DNA of 32,188 nt from IMG/VR virus record IMGVR_UViG_3300022074_005601, positions 1 to 32,188 of that record; one strand, 5' to 3'. Each line of letters starts with the position of its first letter. The stretch's first letter is position 1. Shown here one piece after another: positions 24,315 through 32,188 of this stretch. Below the pieces are notes generated by a model that worked only from the letters and a program-made list of their open reading frames with translations, was not told where the DNA came from and ran no database searches. The translations under genes were made by a program, and so were the position numbers. Origin of the DNA: a virus (taxonomy: Duplodnaviria > Caudoviricetes).

Positions 24315-25379
24315 ATGAATACGTTTCTCAAAGGACTGCTTGTCCTTGCGATGTCTATTGTAATGACATCATCAGCACATGCAGTAACAAAAGTAGGTTT
24401 TGTTTACGTTGGACCAATCGGTGATCATGGATGGACATATCGTCATGACATTGGCCGGCAACAAGTAGAAGAAGCATTTGGAGATCAAGTAAAAACTACT
24501 TACATCGAAAGTGTGCCATATGGACCCGATGCAACTCGTGTTCTCAGACAACTGGCACAAGACCATGATATCATCTTTGCAACATCTTTTGGATACATGG
24601 AAAACATGTTGCAAGTAGCAAAAGAATTTCCAAATGTAAAATTCGAACACGCTACTGGTTACAAACAAAGTGAGAACATGGCATCATATGGACTTCGTCT
24701 ATATCAAGCTCGACATGTTCAAGGTATTATTGCTGGTATGATGACTAAGACGAACAAAATTTGTTATGTTGGAGCTTATCCAATTCCAGAAGTTATTCGA
24801 GAAATCAACACATATTATATGGGTGCAAAGAAAATGAATCCAGATGTTGATATCGATATTGTTTGGGTGAACACTTGGTATGATCCAAGTAAAGAAGCAG
24901 CTGCTGCTGAAGTTATGATGGCTGAAGGATGTGATATGGTTGCTCAGCACACTGACTCACCTGCTCCGCTACAAGCTGCACAGAAGCAAGGTAAACTTGG
25001 TTTTGGTCAGGCTAGTAATCAATATGCATTTGCACCAGAAGCTCAGCTGACAGCTACTATTGATAATTGGGGTCCATACTACATTAGTAAGGTACAAGCA
25101 GTAATCGATGGTACATGGGAAACTGGTAACTACTTTGGACATATGAATGAAGATGCAGTACAGATGGCTCCATTTACAAATATGCCAGATGATGTTGCAG
25201 CAGAAGCACAAAAAATTAAAGATGCTATTTCTGCTGGAGAGTATTTTGCATTCACAGGTCCTATCAAAGACAACCAAGGTAACTTGCAACTAGCTGATGG
25301 TGTTGTTGCTGACGACTTACATCTCAACAGTATGATGTACTATGTTGAAGGTATTGATGCCAAGGTACCAGGACAGTAA
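24315..25379 (+). CDS. BMP-family ABC transporter substrate-binding protein (purine/nucleoside)
   Basis: Signal peptide SAHA; KVGFVYVGPIGDHGWTYRHDIGR; FATSFGYM; PIPEVIREIN; TWYDP; QHTDSPAP. Confidence 0.93.
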   Translation: MNTFLKGLLVLAMSIVMTSSAHAVTKVGFVYVGPIGDHGWTYRHDIGRQQVEEAFGDQVKTTYIESVPYGPDATRVLRQLAQDHDIIFATSFGYMENMLQVAKEFPNVKFEHATGYKQSENMASYGLRLYQARHVQGIIAGMMTKTNKICYVGAYPIPEVIREINTYYMGAKKMNPDVDIDIVWVNTWYDPSKEAAAAEVMMAEGCDMVAQHTDSPAPLQAAQKQGKLGFGQASNQYAFAPEAQLTATIDNWGPYYISKVQAVIDGTWETGNYFGHMNEDAVQMAPFTNMPDDVAAEAQKIKDAISAGEYFAFTGPIKDNQGNLQLADGVVADDLHLNSMMYYVEGIDAKVPGQ

Positions 25380-25381
25380 AA

Positions 25382-26242
25382 ATGATTCCAGTAATTGATT
25401 TCAATAGCGAAACAGTACTGGACGAGATCCGCGAGGCCTACACTACTGTAGGCTTCGCAGTCTTTTCAAATGCACTAAACAATGCGGAACAAACTACAAT
25501 GAATAAGTGGTTTGTTTTAATGAAAGAATTCTTTGAACTAGAATCAAAAGTTAAAGAAAAATATACTTATCATCCAGATACAAATTTAGGTTATACTGGT
25601 TGGTTGAAAGAGAATGTAAATCCAGAAGCTCCTGGTGATATGAAAGAGTCATTCAATTATAATAACACCCGTATGCCAGATTACCTTTGGCCCAAAGAAG
25701 TGGTAGGATTTAAGTCCATGGGTCTGGCAACAATCGAAATAGCTGATAACCTTACATTACGGGTTTTAGAGAAGTTTGATACCATTCTTGGATCAGGTAC
25801 AACACTAGTTGATGCACACCAACGACCATTCAATACGACCAGAGTAATTCATTATCCTCCTTACACTGGTCCTATCAAAGATAATCAAAAAAGGATTGGA
25901 GAACATAGTGATTATGGAACTATCACTCTACTTTGGCAAATCAATGACGTACCAGGATTACAAGTACAAGACCTTGAAGGACAGTGGCATCCTGTACCTT
26001 ATGCAGACAACGGTGTAGTTTGTAACATAGGTGACTTACTACAAAGATGGACAAACGATTATTTCAAAAGCACAAAGCATAGAGTTGTGAACAGTCATAT
26101 CCACATGCCTCGTTATAGCATGCCACACTTCGTAGATCCTGCACCCGGTACTATGGTGTCTAATCTTACAAGTGAAATAGCTAAGTATGAACCAATTGAA
26201 AGCAAAGAATATCTTATGTGGAGACTTGCTCAGAGCTATTAA
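25382..26242 (+). CDS. isopenicillin-N-synthase-like 2OG-Fe(II) oxygenase
   Basis: IPVIDF, DMKESF, HYPP, HSDYGTITLL, GLQV, NIGDLLQRWTN, HRV, RYS. Confidence 0.93.
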   Translation: MIPVIDFNSETVLDEIREAYTTVGFAVFSNALNNAEQTTMNKWFVLMKEFFELESKVKEKYTYHPDTNLGYTGWLKENVNPEAPGDMKESFNYNNTRMPDYLWPKEVVGFKSMGLATIEIADNLTLRVLEKFDTILGSGTTLVDAHQRPFNTTRVIHYPPYTGPIKDNQKRIGEHSDYGTITLLWQINDVPGLQVQDLEGQWHPVPYADNGVVCNIGDLLQRWTNDYFKSTKHRVVNSHIHMPRYSMPHFVDPAPGTMVSNLTSEIAKYEPIESKEYLMWRLAQSY

Positions 26243-26245
26243 GTG

Positions 26246-26274
26246 TTGAGCTTTTTGTTATAATTGTGTATAAT
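26246..26274 (+). promoter_or_regulatory. sigma70-like promoter for rnh
   Basis: TTGAGC-17nt-TATAAT with TGTG. Confidence 0.65.
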
Positions 26275-26302
26275 AGACCTAGTTAAAAAAATAGGTGATT
26301 AC

Positions 26303-27154
26303 ATGATTCTAGTAGATTTCAGTGGTGTGTGTATTGCATCAATCGTTATGCATAAAGATCTTGACGAAGATCTAGCCAGACATATGGTCTTGAACTCTTT
26401 GAGGCTATACAATACAAAATTCAAGAAGGACTATGGTGACATGGTACTTGCTTGTGATGGACCTGACAACTGGCGTAGAGGATACTTCCCTCAGTACAAA
26501 GCTGCTCGAAGGTCTTCGAGATCTCAATCATCAATTGATTGGGCTACTGTATTCAATACTCTCAATACAATCCGTGATGAGATTCAAGAAAACTTTCCAT
26601 ACAAATTAGTACAAGTAGATGGCTGTGAAGCTGATGATGTGATTGGCACATTGGTAGAACGATCTCAAGACTTTGGTAACTATGAACCAATCATGATTGT
26701 ATCTGCTGATGGTGACTTCAAACAGTTACAGAAGTATGATAATGTAAAGCAGTTCTCTCCTTTACATAAAAAAGAAGTCGTAGAAGAGAACCCTCGCTTA
26801 CACCTACAAGAAAAGATTCTTAAAGGTGATACAGGTGACGGAGTTCCTAATGTATTATCTGCAGATGATGTGTTTGTTGAAGGTACAAGACAGACACCTC
26901 TCCGCAAGAAAAGAATGGAAGAGATTCTCGATGATCTGGCCGAAGGCGAACTGTTGTATGCAGCTTCGTGGTATCGCAATTATCAAAGGAATGAAACTTT
27001 GATTGATTTGTCAAAAACTCCAGATCATCTAAAGAGAACGATTATAAATAATTTTGAGGGGCAAGATCCTTGGAGCAATAAAGGAAAGATATTTCCTTAT
27101 CTTGTATCCAAGAGAATGAACCGCTTGATTGAAAGTGCGCAGGAGTTTATTTAA
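26303..27154 (+). CDS. rnh: T4-like RNase H (5'-3' exonuclease)
   Basis: MILVDF, WRR..FPQYKA.R, EADDVIG, SADGDFKQLQ, GDTGDGVPN; ATG 26303 with AGGTG RBS. Confidence 0.93.
   Translation: MILVDFSGVCIASIVMHKDLDEDLARHMVLNSLRLYNTKFKKDYGDMVLACDGPDNWRRGYFPQYKAARRSSRSQSSIDWATVFNTLNTIRDEIQENFPYKLVQVDGCEADDVIGTLVERSQDFGNYEPIMIVSADGDFKQLQKYDNVKQFSPLHKKEVVEENPRLHLQEKILKGDTGDGVPNVLSADDVFVEGTRQTPLRKKRMEEILDDLAEGELLYAASWYRNYQRNETLIDLSKTPDHLKRTIINNFEGQDPWSNKGKIFPYLVSKRMNRLIESAQEFI
27043..27050 (+). promoter_or_regulatory. possible internal late promoter
   Basis: Exact TATAAATA about 110 nt before the next gene. Confidence 0.55.
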
Positions 27155-27567
27155 TGAAGTATGTTTATGAAGTGTTGGACCAACTACCCAAACACAAGAA
27201 GAAGGCTGAAAAGATTCAGTTCTTAAAAAATAATGAAACGTGGGCTTTGAAGGACATTATTCGGGGGTCTATGGACACTACAGTGAAGTGGAACCTACCT
27301 CCAGGTCAGCCTCCATACACTCCGGCTCCAGTTCAGAGCCATCCATCCAATCTTCTTAAAGAGAATAGACAGTTTAAGTATTTCGTGAAAGGTGGTCCTG
27401 GCGATAAGTTGCCAGCATACAAACGCGAAAATATTTTCATCGGTTTGATAGAAGGGGTGCATCCTAATGATGCACAACTCGTTATTGCTATGATCAACAA
27501 AGAGAAACCCAAAGGTCTAACAAGAGCAATAGTACAGGAGGCATTCCCGGGTCTATTGGAAGACTGA
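27154..27567 (+). CDS. conserved T4-like phage protein (DUF6433-like)
   Basis: WNLPPG.PPY, YFVKGG, KRENIFIGLIEGVHP.DA, AFPGL. Confidence 0.8.
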   Translation: MKYVYEVLDQLPKHKKKAEKIQFLKNNETWALKDIIRGSMDTTVKWNLPPGQPPYTPAPVQSHPSNLLKENRQFKYFVKGGPGDKLPAYKRENIFIGLIEGVHPNDAQLVIAMINKEKPKGLTRAIVQEAFPGLLED

Positions 27568-27599
27568 GGGTTTGAACATTAACCCTGGAGAAAGTACAC

Positions 27600-27764
27600 A
27601 TGGTATTAGCTCAGCTAGAAAGACTAAAGAAAGACGCTAACGAATTAGAAATCTACGCCAGAAAACTCGAAAAGAAAGGGAATGTAGATCGAATGCGAAA
27701 AATTTTAAAAAAGCAAGATTTCTTGAAACGTCGAATTGCTGAGGTTTATTGTCAACACGCATAA
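27600..27764 (+). CDS. 54-aa basic helical protein (not in ORF track)
   Basis: GGAG RBS; MVLAQLERLKKDANELEIYARKL...; fills the gap. Confidence 0.75.
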   Translation: MVLAQLERLKKDANELEIYARKLEKKGNVDRMRKILKKQDFLKRRIAEVYCQHA

Positions 27765-27772
27765 AATAGGAG

Positions 27773-27822
27773 TGTACATATCCCTGTTAATGGTGTATAA
27801 TAAGTATATCATTAACAGGGAT
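27773..27822 (+). promoter_or_regulatory. promoter nested in an RBS-sequestering hairpin
   Basis: TGTACA-17nt-TATAAT(27796-27801); perfect 13-bp IR ATCCCTGTTAATG(27780-92)/CATTAACAGGGAT(27810-22). Confidence 0.75.
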
Positions 27823-27830
27823 TTCACATC

Positions 27831-28415
27831 ATGAACATATTTATATTACATAATGATCCAGTGATAGCAGCACAGATGCAATGTGATGCTCATGTCGTAA
27901 AGATGACTCTCGAATCAATGCAGATGTTATCTACTTGCCACAGAATGCTTGATGGCAAGCTCACCACTCGTCCATCAGTATCTGGTAAACGTATGGTCAA
28001 GTATTATGACTTATACGAAGGATCAGATGACCTCGAAGCTGAATTGCTCTACATGCGAGCTGTTCACTTTGACCATCCATGCAATAAGTGGTTGAGAAGG
28101 TCAGAAGGTAACTATCGTTGGATGTGGGAACACACAAAGGCTCTTTGTAACGAATATACATATCGATATGGTAAGACACACAAGAATGAAATGCCTTTGT
28201 TGTGGGGATTGCAATCTGCACCTCGTAATATACCTAAAGGTGACATGACTCCTTTTGAATTAGCTTTCAAGGATTACCCAGAATGTCTTGCATTGAAAGA
28301 ACCAGTCAAAGCATATAGAGCATTCTATCAAACTAAGCAACACCGTTTCAAGATGGTGTGGACTAAAAGAAAAACACCGAGGTGGTTTAAACATGCCGAA
28401 TTACACACTGCGTAG
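27831..28415 (+). CDS. pyrimidine dimer DNA glycosylase/endonuclease V-like protein
   Basis: MNIFIL..DP..AA...CD.HVVKM.LE..QMLST; HPC..W; EYTYRYGKTH; AYRAFY. Confidence 0.85.
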   Translation: MNIFILHNDPVIAAQMQCDAHVVKMTLESMQMLSTCHRMLDGKLTTRPSVSGKRMVKYYDLYEGSDDLEAELLYMRAVHFDHPCNKWLRRSEGNYRWMWEHTKALCNEYTYRYGKTHKNEMPLLWGLQSAPRNIPKGDMTPFELAFKDYPECLALKEPVKAYRAFYQTKQHRFKMVWTKRKTPRWFKHAELHTA

Positions 28416-28623
28416 AGTTTCAACAGGAGAGGAGTGGGATGTTAATTGTTCATTTCATGAACTAGCTCCTATGTTAGAAGATGATGATGTTATCAAAATT
28501 CTTTCCACACCAAAGATTGTAAGTGGTGTGGGTACTTTGCATGGCAAAGTTCCAGATGGATTCAAAGATAAATTAAATCAAATTAAAAAGACTTCTGGTA
28601 AAGGTAATACAATTAAGACATGA
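28393..28623 (+). CDS. FmdB-like small protein (degenerate, Cys-poor)
   Basis: MPNYT....TGE; PKIVSG; PDGFKDKL..IKK; located directly upstream of phoH. Confidence 0.6.
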   Translation: MPNYTLRRVSTGEEWDVNCSFHELAPMLEDDDVIKILSTPKIVSGVGTLHGKVPDGFKDKLNQIKKTSGKGNTIKT

Positions 28624-29297
28624 AGACTGCACCTGTAAGACAAGATGAACTCTTTGAGTATGAACCACTCACCGAAAATCAAAAGAAGGCTTTTGATGCG
28701 TGGGACGATGGAGATAATTTGGCTCTAGTAGGTTCAGCTGGTACTGGTAAAACATTTCTTGCTATGTTACTAGCTTTGGAATTAGTTACTGATAAGCAGC
28801 TGCCACAAGAAAAGATTACATTATTCAGATCCGTTGTTCCTACAAGAGAGATGGGATTCTTACCTGGTTCAGTTGAAGAGAAAAAGGCTGTATTTGAAAC
28901 TCCTTACAAAAATATTATTGAAGAGATTGTTCCTGGAGACCAATCATATAAAAGGATGCTCCACACACATCAATTTGAATTTACTACAACATCATTCATT
29001 CGAGGTCTTACAATAGATGATGCTGTTATCATTGTTGATGAAATGCAAAACTTGAACTTTCATGAACTCGATTCAGTAATGACTAGAGTAGGCCACAATT
29101 GTAGAATTATCTTTTGTGGAGACTACCATCAGTCAGACTTCAAAGAAGGACACGAACGAGAAGGTGTAATGAAGTTTATGAGAGTAATAGAACAACTAAG
29201 GAACTTCAACGTAGTTCAGTTTGGCTGGGATGATATTGTAAGATCGGATTTTGTCAGAGACTATATAATGACAAAGGAAATGTTAGGTATCAGATAA
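28620..29297 (+). CDS. phoH: PhoH-family ATPase
   Basis: GSAGTGKT, GFLPG, SFIRGLT, VDEMQN, TRVG, GD..QSD, DIVRS. Confidence 0.95.
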   Translation: MKTAPVRQDELFEYEPLTENQKKAFDAWDDGDNLALVGSAGTGKTFLAMLLALELVTDKQLPQEKITLFRSVVPTREMGFLPGSVEEKKAVFETPYKNIIEEIVPGDQSYKRMLHTHQFEFTTTSFIRGLTIDDAVIIVDEMQNLNFHELDSVMTRVGHNCRIIFCGDYHQSDFKEGHEREGVMKFMRVIEQLRNFNVVQFGWDDIVRSDFVRDYIMTKEMLGIR

Positions 29298-29968
29298 TGG
29301 AGTTTATACATGAAGAAATTGATATCGGATACAATGACCTGGTGGCTACAACTACCTCCTCAGGTCGAACTTATAATGATCCTGATGGTAATTCTTATCC
29401 CAGCATTACTACGGTTCTCAGTATTCTAAACGAAGAAGGTATTGCTGCTTGGAGAAAAAGAGTTGGTGACGAAGTAGCTAATAAAATTAGTACACAAGCC
29501 TCTGGCCGTGGTACACTTGTACACGAGATAGTAGAGAAGTATTTAAAAAATGAAAGCACTACTGACTTTTTACCTCATATACGCCAAAGCTTGGAAAACT
29601 TACGGCCTATCCTTGATTCTTCTATTGGCAGAATCTTTGGTCTTGAGACTCCTTTGTTTAGCCGCCATCTTGGCATGGCTGGCCGTGTCGACTGTGTAGC
29701 GGAGTTTGAAGGTGTTCCATCAATCATCGATTTCAAGACAAGCAGACGTCCAAAGACCAAGGACAAGATTCCTAACTACTTTGCACAGATGTCTGGATAC
29801 GCTGTTATGTTTGAAGAGAGAACTGGCATGCCTATTGTCAATACTGTTATTATTATGGATGTTGACGGTAGTCAACCGCTCGTCTTCAAAGAGCACAGAG
29901 ACAACTACATAGAGCTATTGCTAGAAACGAAAAAGGAATATGACCGACGGAAACTCTTCAGGTCCTAG
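29297..29968 (+). CDS. PD-(D/E)xK exonuclease
   Basis: YPSITTVL, RGT.VH, AGRVDC, IIDFKTS, YFAQ..GYA.M.EE. Confidence 0.9.
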   Translation: MEFIHEEIDIGYNDLVATTTSSGRTYNDPDGNSYPSITTVLSILNEEGIAAWRKRVGDEVANKISTQASGRGTLVHEIVEKYLKNESTTDFLPHIRQSLENLRPILDSSIGRIFGLETPLFSRHLGMAGRVDCVAEFEGVPSIIDFKTSRRPKTKDKIPNYFAQMSGYAVMFEERTGMPIVNTVIIMDVDGSQPLVFKEHRDNYIELLLETKKEYDRRKLFRS

Positions 29969-30134
29969 TCACAAAGAGATGGCTAGAATATTTTGGATGG
30001 TGAAAGGATACTTTCCCAGCGATAAGATGATGAGAGAATCTTATGATGGTTATATTCGACGACTGTGGTGGAACGAAGAAGCATATCTCAGAGAAGATGG
30101 CTTCGAAGAAGCCTATCAAAAAAAGTTTAAATAA
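29940..30134 (+). CDS. hypothetical protein
   Basis: AAGGA RBS; overlaps the exonuclease end; aromatic-rich. Confidence 0.65.
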   Translation: MTDGNSSGPSHKEMARIFWMVKGYFPSDKMMRESYDGYIRRLWWNEEAYLREDGFEEAYQKKFK

Positions 30135-30148
30135 AATCGTTTTTCCTG

Positions 30149-30177
30149 TTGCCTTTTCATGAAAAGTAGAGGATAAT
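30149..30177 (+). promoter_or_regulatory. sigma70-like early promoter
   Basis: TTGCCT-17nt-GATAAT with the same downstream leader as 5559. Confidence 0.8.
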
Positions 30178-30209
30178 ATATCTATAGAATGAAAAGAGGA
30201 GCTAAAAAG

Positions 30210-30512
30210 ATGATTAAAGTTTTCCAGATTACAGACCAAGAGGCTCTGTACCCAGCATGTTCATTTACTTACGGTATGCCTGTTGACAGTGCATTCAAGC
30301 CTGAGAAGCATATGGGTAAGTATGAGCATGTAGCTGACCTTGATGTTGATACTCTTAATGATGCCTTTAAGGTTGGTAACATTGGTCCTGAAGAGAAGAT
30401 TACTCGCTACAGCGATCGTATTCATTCTCTTTCGATTGGTGATATTCTGGAAGTAGATGGTGAGAAGTTCATCGTCGGTAGAGCTGGATTTGATAAGCTG
30501 GAGGTTGCATAA
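30210..30512 (+). CDS. YodL-like domain early protein
   Basis: KVFQI, YEHVAD, LNDAF..GN, HSLSIGDIL, GF..L; the GAGGAG RBS supports ATG 30210. Confidence 0.6.
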   Translation: MIKVFQITDQEALYPACSFTYGMPVDSAFKPEKHMGKYEHVADLDVDTLNDAFKVGNIGPEEKITRYSDRIHSLSIGDILEVDGEKFIVGRAGFDKLEVA

Positions 30513-30613
30513 TGGATTATATCGAACAAGTCATTGCTGATTTTATTGAAATCGGTTACACTGAAAAAGAAGCAACCGCCCTTGCATGGGCAAAGTTTTT
30601 GGAGGTAGCATAA
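30512..30613 (+). CDS. 33-aa acidic microprotein (not in ORF track)
   Basis: MDYIEQVIADFIEIGYTEKEATALAWAKFLEVA; GGAGG RBS; TAATG coupling at both ends. Confidence 0.8.
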   Translation: MDYIEQVIADFIEIGYTEKEATALAWAKFLEVA

Positions 30614-31029
30614 TGTCTATTTGGATGCAAAGGACTTGCGGAGATCTTGAAGTTATTATTGAGAAGCTGAACGACAGAGTTCCTCTCAATGGTCCTTGTG
30701 AGTTGAAGTATACCAAGAATAAGCGTCTTGATCGTTTTCGTAGAGCACAGAATGTGATTCACGATATCTTCAACAATGGTCTTGGTAATCGCGGACGTGA
30801 GGCTAAAATGTTTGGCATTCCTCGCTACGAGCTTCCATATCCTAGTCAAGCGAATACTAACTGGGATCGTGTTGAGAATAGACTTGCTCCTATCTTTCGT
30901 GAGATTGTAATGGATGCTGTTCTCGAGCAATTTGGACGTGACGGATATCTAAAAGTTAGCCACAATCGTTCAAGTGAAATTATTTCTGAAGCTGTCAAAG
31001 AAGGGAGAGTGCAAATTGCCTCACTATAG
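30613..31029 (+). CDS. hypothetical early protein
   Basis: GGAGG RBS plus TAATG support a start at 30613; RFRRAQNVIHDIFNNGLGN. Confidence 0.75.
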   Translation: MSIWMQRTCGDLEVIIEKLNDRVPLNGPCELKYTKNKRLDRFRRAQNVIHDIFNNGLGNRGREAKMFGIPRYELPYPSQANTNWDRVENRLAPIFREIVMDAVLEQFGRDGYLKVSHNRSSEIISEAVKEGRVQIASL

Positions 31030-31489
31030 TACAAAAACTTATAACCACAGTATTGGTCTCAGTGCTGTGTTTCGTCAGCCTCATGCTGATCATTCACACT
31101 GTAAATATCTACATGGATACAGTCTGGGGTTCAAGTTTACATTTGGTTGTGCAGATCTTGATAATAAGAACTGGGCAGTTGACTTTGGAGGTTTGAAACC
31201 TCTCAAGCAATGGCTTGAAGATACATTTGATCATAAGGTTGTTCTGGATGCTGATGATCCTCATCTTCAAGACTTTATGGAACTTGAAGCTAAAGGTCTT
31301 GCTCAGATAACTATCCTTGATGGTGTTGGTGCAGAGAAGTTTGCATACCATGCTTGGAATGTTGCTGACTTACTTGTTAAGAAAATGACTGATGATAGAT
31401 GTTGGTGCGAGAGTGCTGAATGTAGTGAGCATGGATCTAACAGTGCTATATACACTCCATATACAGTTCAGAAAACGAGGTACAGTTAA
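31016..31489 (+). CDS. queD: 6-carboxytetrahydropterin synthase
   Basis: HCKYLHGYS, VDFGGLK, FDHK, GAE, CSEH..NSA; probable TTG start with GGGAG RBS. Confidence 0.92.
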   Translation: MPHYSTKTYNHSIGLSAVFRQPHADHSHCKYLHGYSLGFKFTFGCADLDNKNWAVDFGGLKPLKQWLEDTFDHKVVLDADDPHLQDFMELEAKGLAQITILDGVGAEKFAYHAWNVADLLVKKMTDDRCWCESAECSEHGSNSAIYTPYTVQKTRYS

Positions 31490-32016
31490 TGACATTATAC
31501 TTAGATATGGATGGAGTCCTTGCTGACTTCTTTGGTGGAATTGAAAAACTTCATGGTGTAGGTCACTGGAAGACAATCAAAGATAAGCAAACACTTATCA
31601 ACAGCATTCGATACACAGACTTCTTTTACAAGTTGGATGCATTTCCTACTACCCACAAGCTCATAGATTTTGTAAAACATATTACGTGGGAAAGAGAAAC
31701 TGAGTGGGGAATCTGTTCTTCTCCTCTTCAAGGTGATACTAATAACTCATCATACTGGAAACGAAGGTGGTTAGAAGATAACATGATAATGCCTGAAGTT
31801 GATCAGTGTATCTTTACTTCCCACAAACATAAATATGCTTGGAGTCCTCTTACTGGCCAGCCAAACATTTTGGTAGATGATAAACCAGAGAATATTAAGA
31901 GGTGGAAAGAAAAAGGTGGCATTGGTATTCGATACCAAGCAAACGAAGATGATCTAGAAGAATATTTGTTCCCAGAAATCCAAGATGCTCTTGGTGGAGG
32001 TCCAGTCTATGGTTAA
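31489..32016 (+). CDS. HAD-family 5'(3')-deoxyribonucleotidase-like protein
   Basis: YLDMDGVLADF, CSSP, K..W, LVDD, W..KGG.GI. Confidence 0.88.
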   Translation: MTLYLDMDGVLADFFGGIEKLHGVGHWKTIKDKQTLINSIRYTDFFYKLDAFPTTHKLIDFVKHITWERETEWGICSSPLQGDTNNSSYWKRRWLEDNMIMPEVDQCIFTSHKHKYAWSPLTGQPNILVDDKPENIKRWKEKGGIGIRYQANEDDLEEYLFPEIQDALGGGPVYG

Positions 32017-32188
32017 TGTTCAACGACTTCTCATGCTACGCACAGAGTTTGAAGAAATCACTTCTGGATACAATATGTCTGTAACAGGAAGTGATATAAA
32101 TACTTTAAAGTGGTTCGCGGAGAATGGCCATAGGTCAAACTCACTTCGTAATGGATTTGATAATGCAAAGCAGATTGCAGAAACAATC
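32009..32188 (+). CDS. hypothetical protein, 3'-truncated by the window
   Basis: GGAGG RBS, ATG 32009, open to the window end. Confidence 0.65.
   Translation, partial: MVNVQRLLMLRTEFEEITSGYNMSVTGSDINTLKWFAENGHRSNSLRNGFDNAKQIAETI

Noticed and set aside
29297-29968. Cas4/CRISPR system
   Set aside because: No Cas4 four-Cys cluster, no other cas genes, and no repeat-spacer array seen in the window
897-31731. The many minus-strand and alternate-frame ORFs inside longer genes (e.g. 13675-14094, 15957-16346, 21409-21804, 22475-22906, 30556-30930)
   Set aside because: Shadows of well-supported plus-strand genes, with no motifs or RBS
32095-32102. TATAAATA inside the last ORF
   Set aside because: An exact match, but the downstream context is outside the window and chance matches are plausible in AT-rich DNA
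1-32188. Bacterial chromosome or integrated prophage at ssrA
   Set aside because: Host-like genes are isolated among T4-like genes and late promoters, with no integrase or att duplication visible; the sequence left of the window cannot be assessed

Overview
This is a 32 kb segment of a large T4-like (myovirus-type) phage genome, almost entirely on the + strand. The host is most likely a marine alphaproteobacterium. The assignment rests on T4-type late promoters (TATAAATA), the rnh/phoH/exonuclease/pyrimidine-dimer-glycosylase neighbourhood, a monomeric class II RNR, overlapping spanins, and an alphaproteobacterial-style tmRNA coding piece (tag ANDNFAPEMRLAA). From left to right: (1) tmRNA; (2) an AT-rich tailoring-enzyme cluster (radical SAM, GNAT, two TauD-like dioxygenases, sulfotransferase, two small 2OG-Fe(II) oxygenases), in which one TauD carries the halogenase-type HxA motif; (3) early genes behind a sigma70-like promoter, including DUF932 and a half-size Na/Pi cotransporter; (4) a late operon in which six proteins begin with a T4-like capsid-targeting peptide, including a nuclease-like, a ligase-like (KxDG) and a HIGH-family nucleotidyltransferase protein; (5) IscA plus an MsmA-like oxygenase alpha subunit that lacks its Rieske ligands; (6) conserved late/lysis genes; (7) nucleotide metabolism, auxiliary and repair genes (nrdJ, BMP purine-binding protein, IPNS-like oxygenase, rnh, phoH, queD, HAD nucleotidase). 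All family calls come from motifs recognised by eye; no searches were run.
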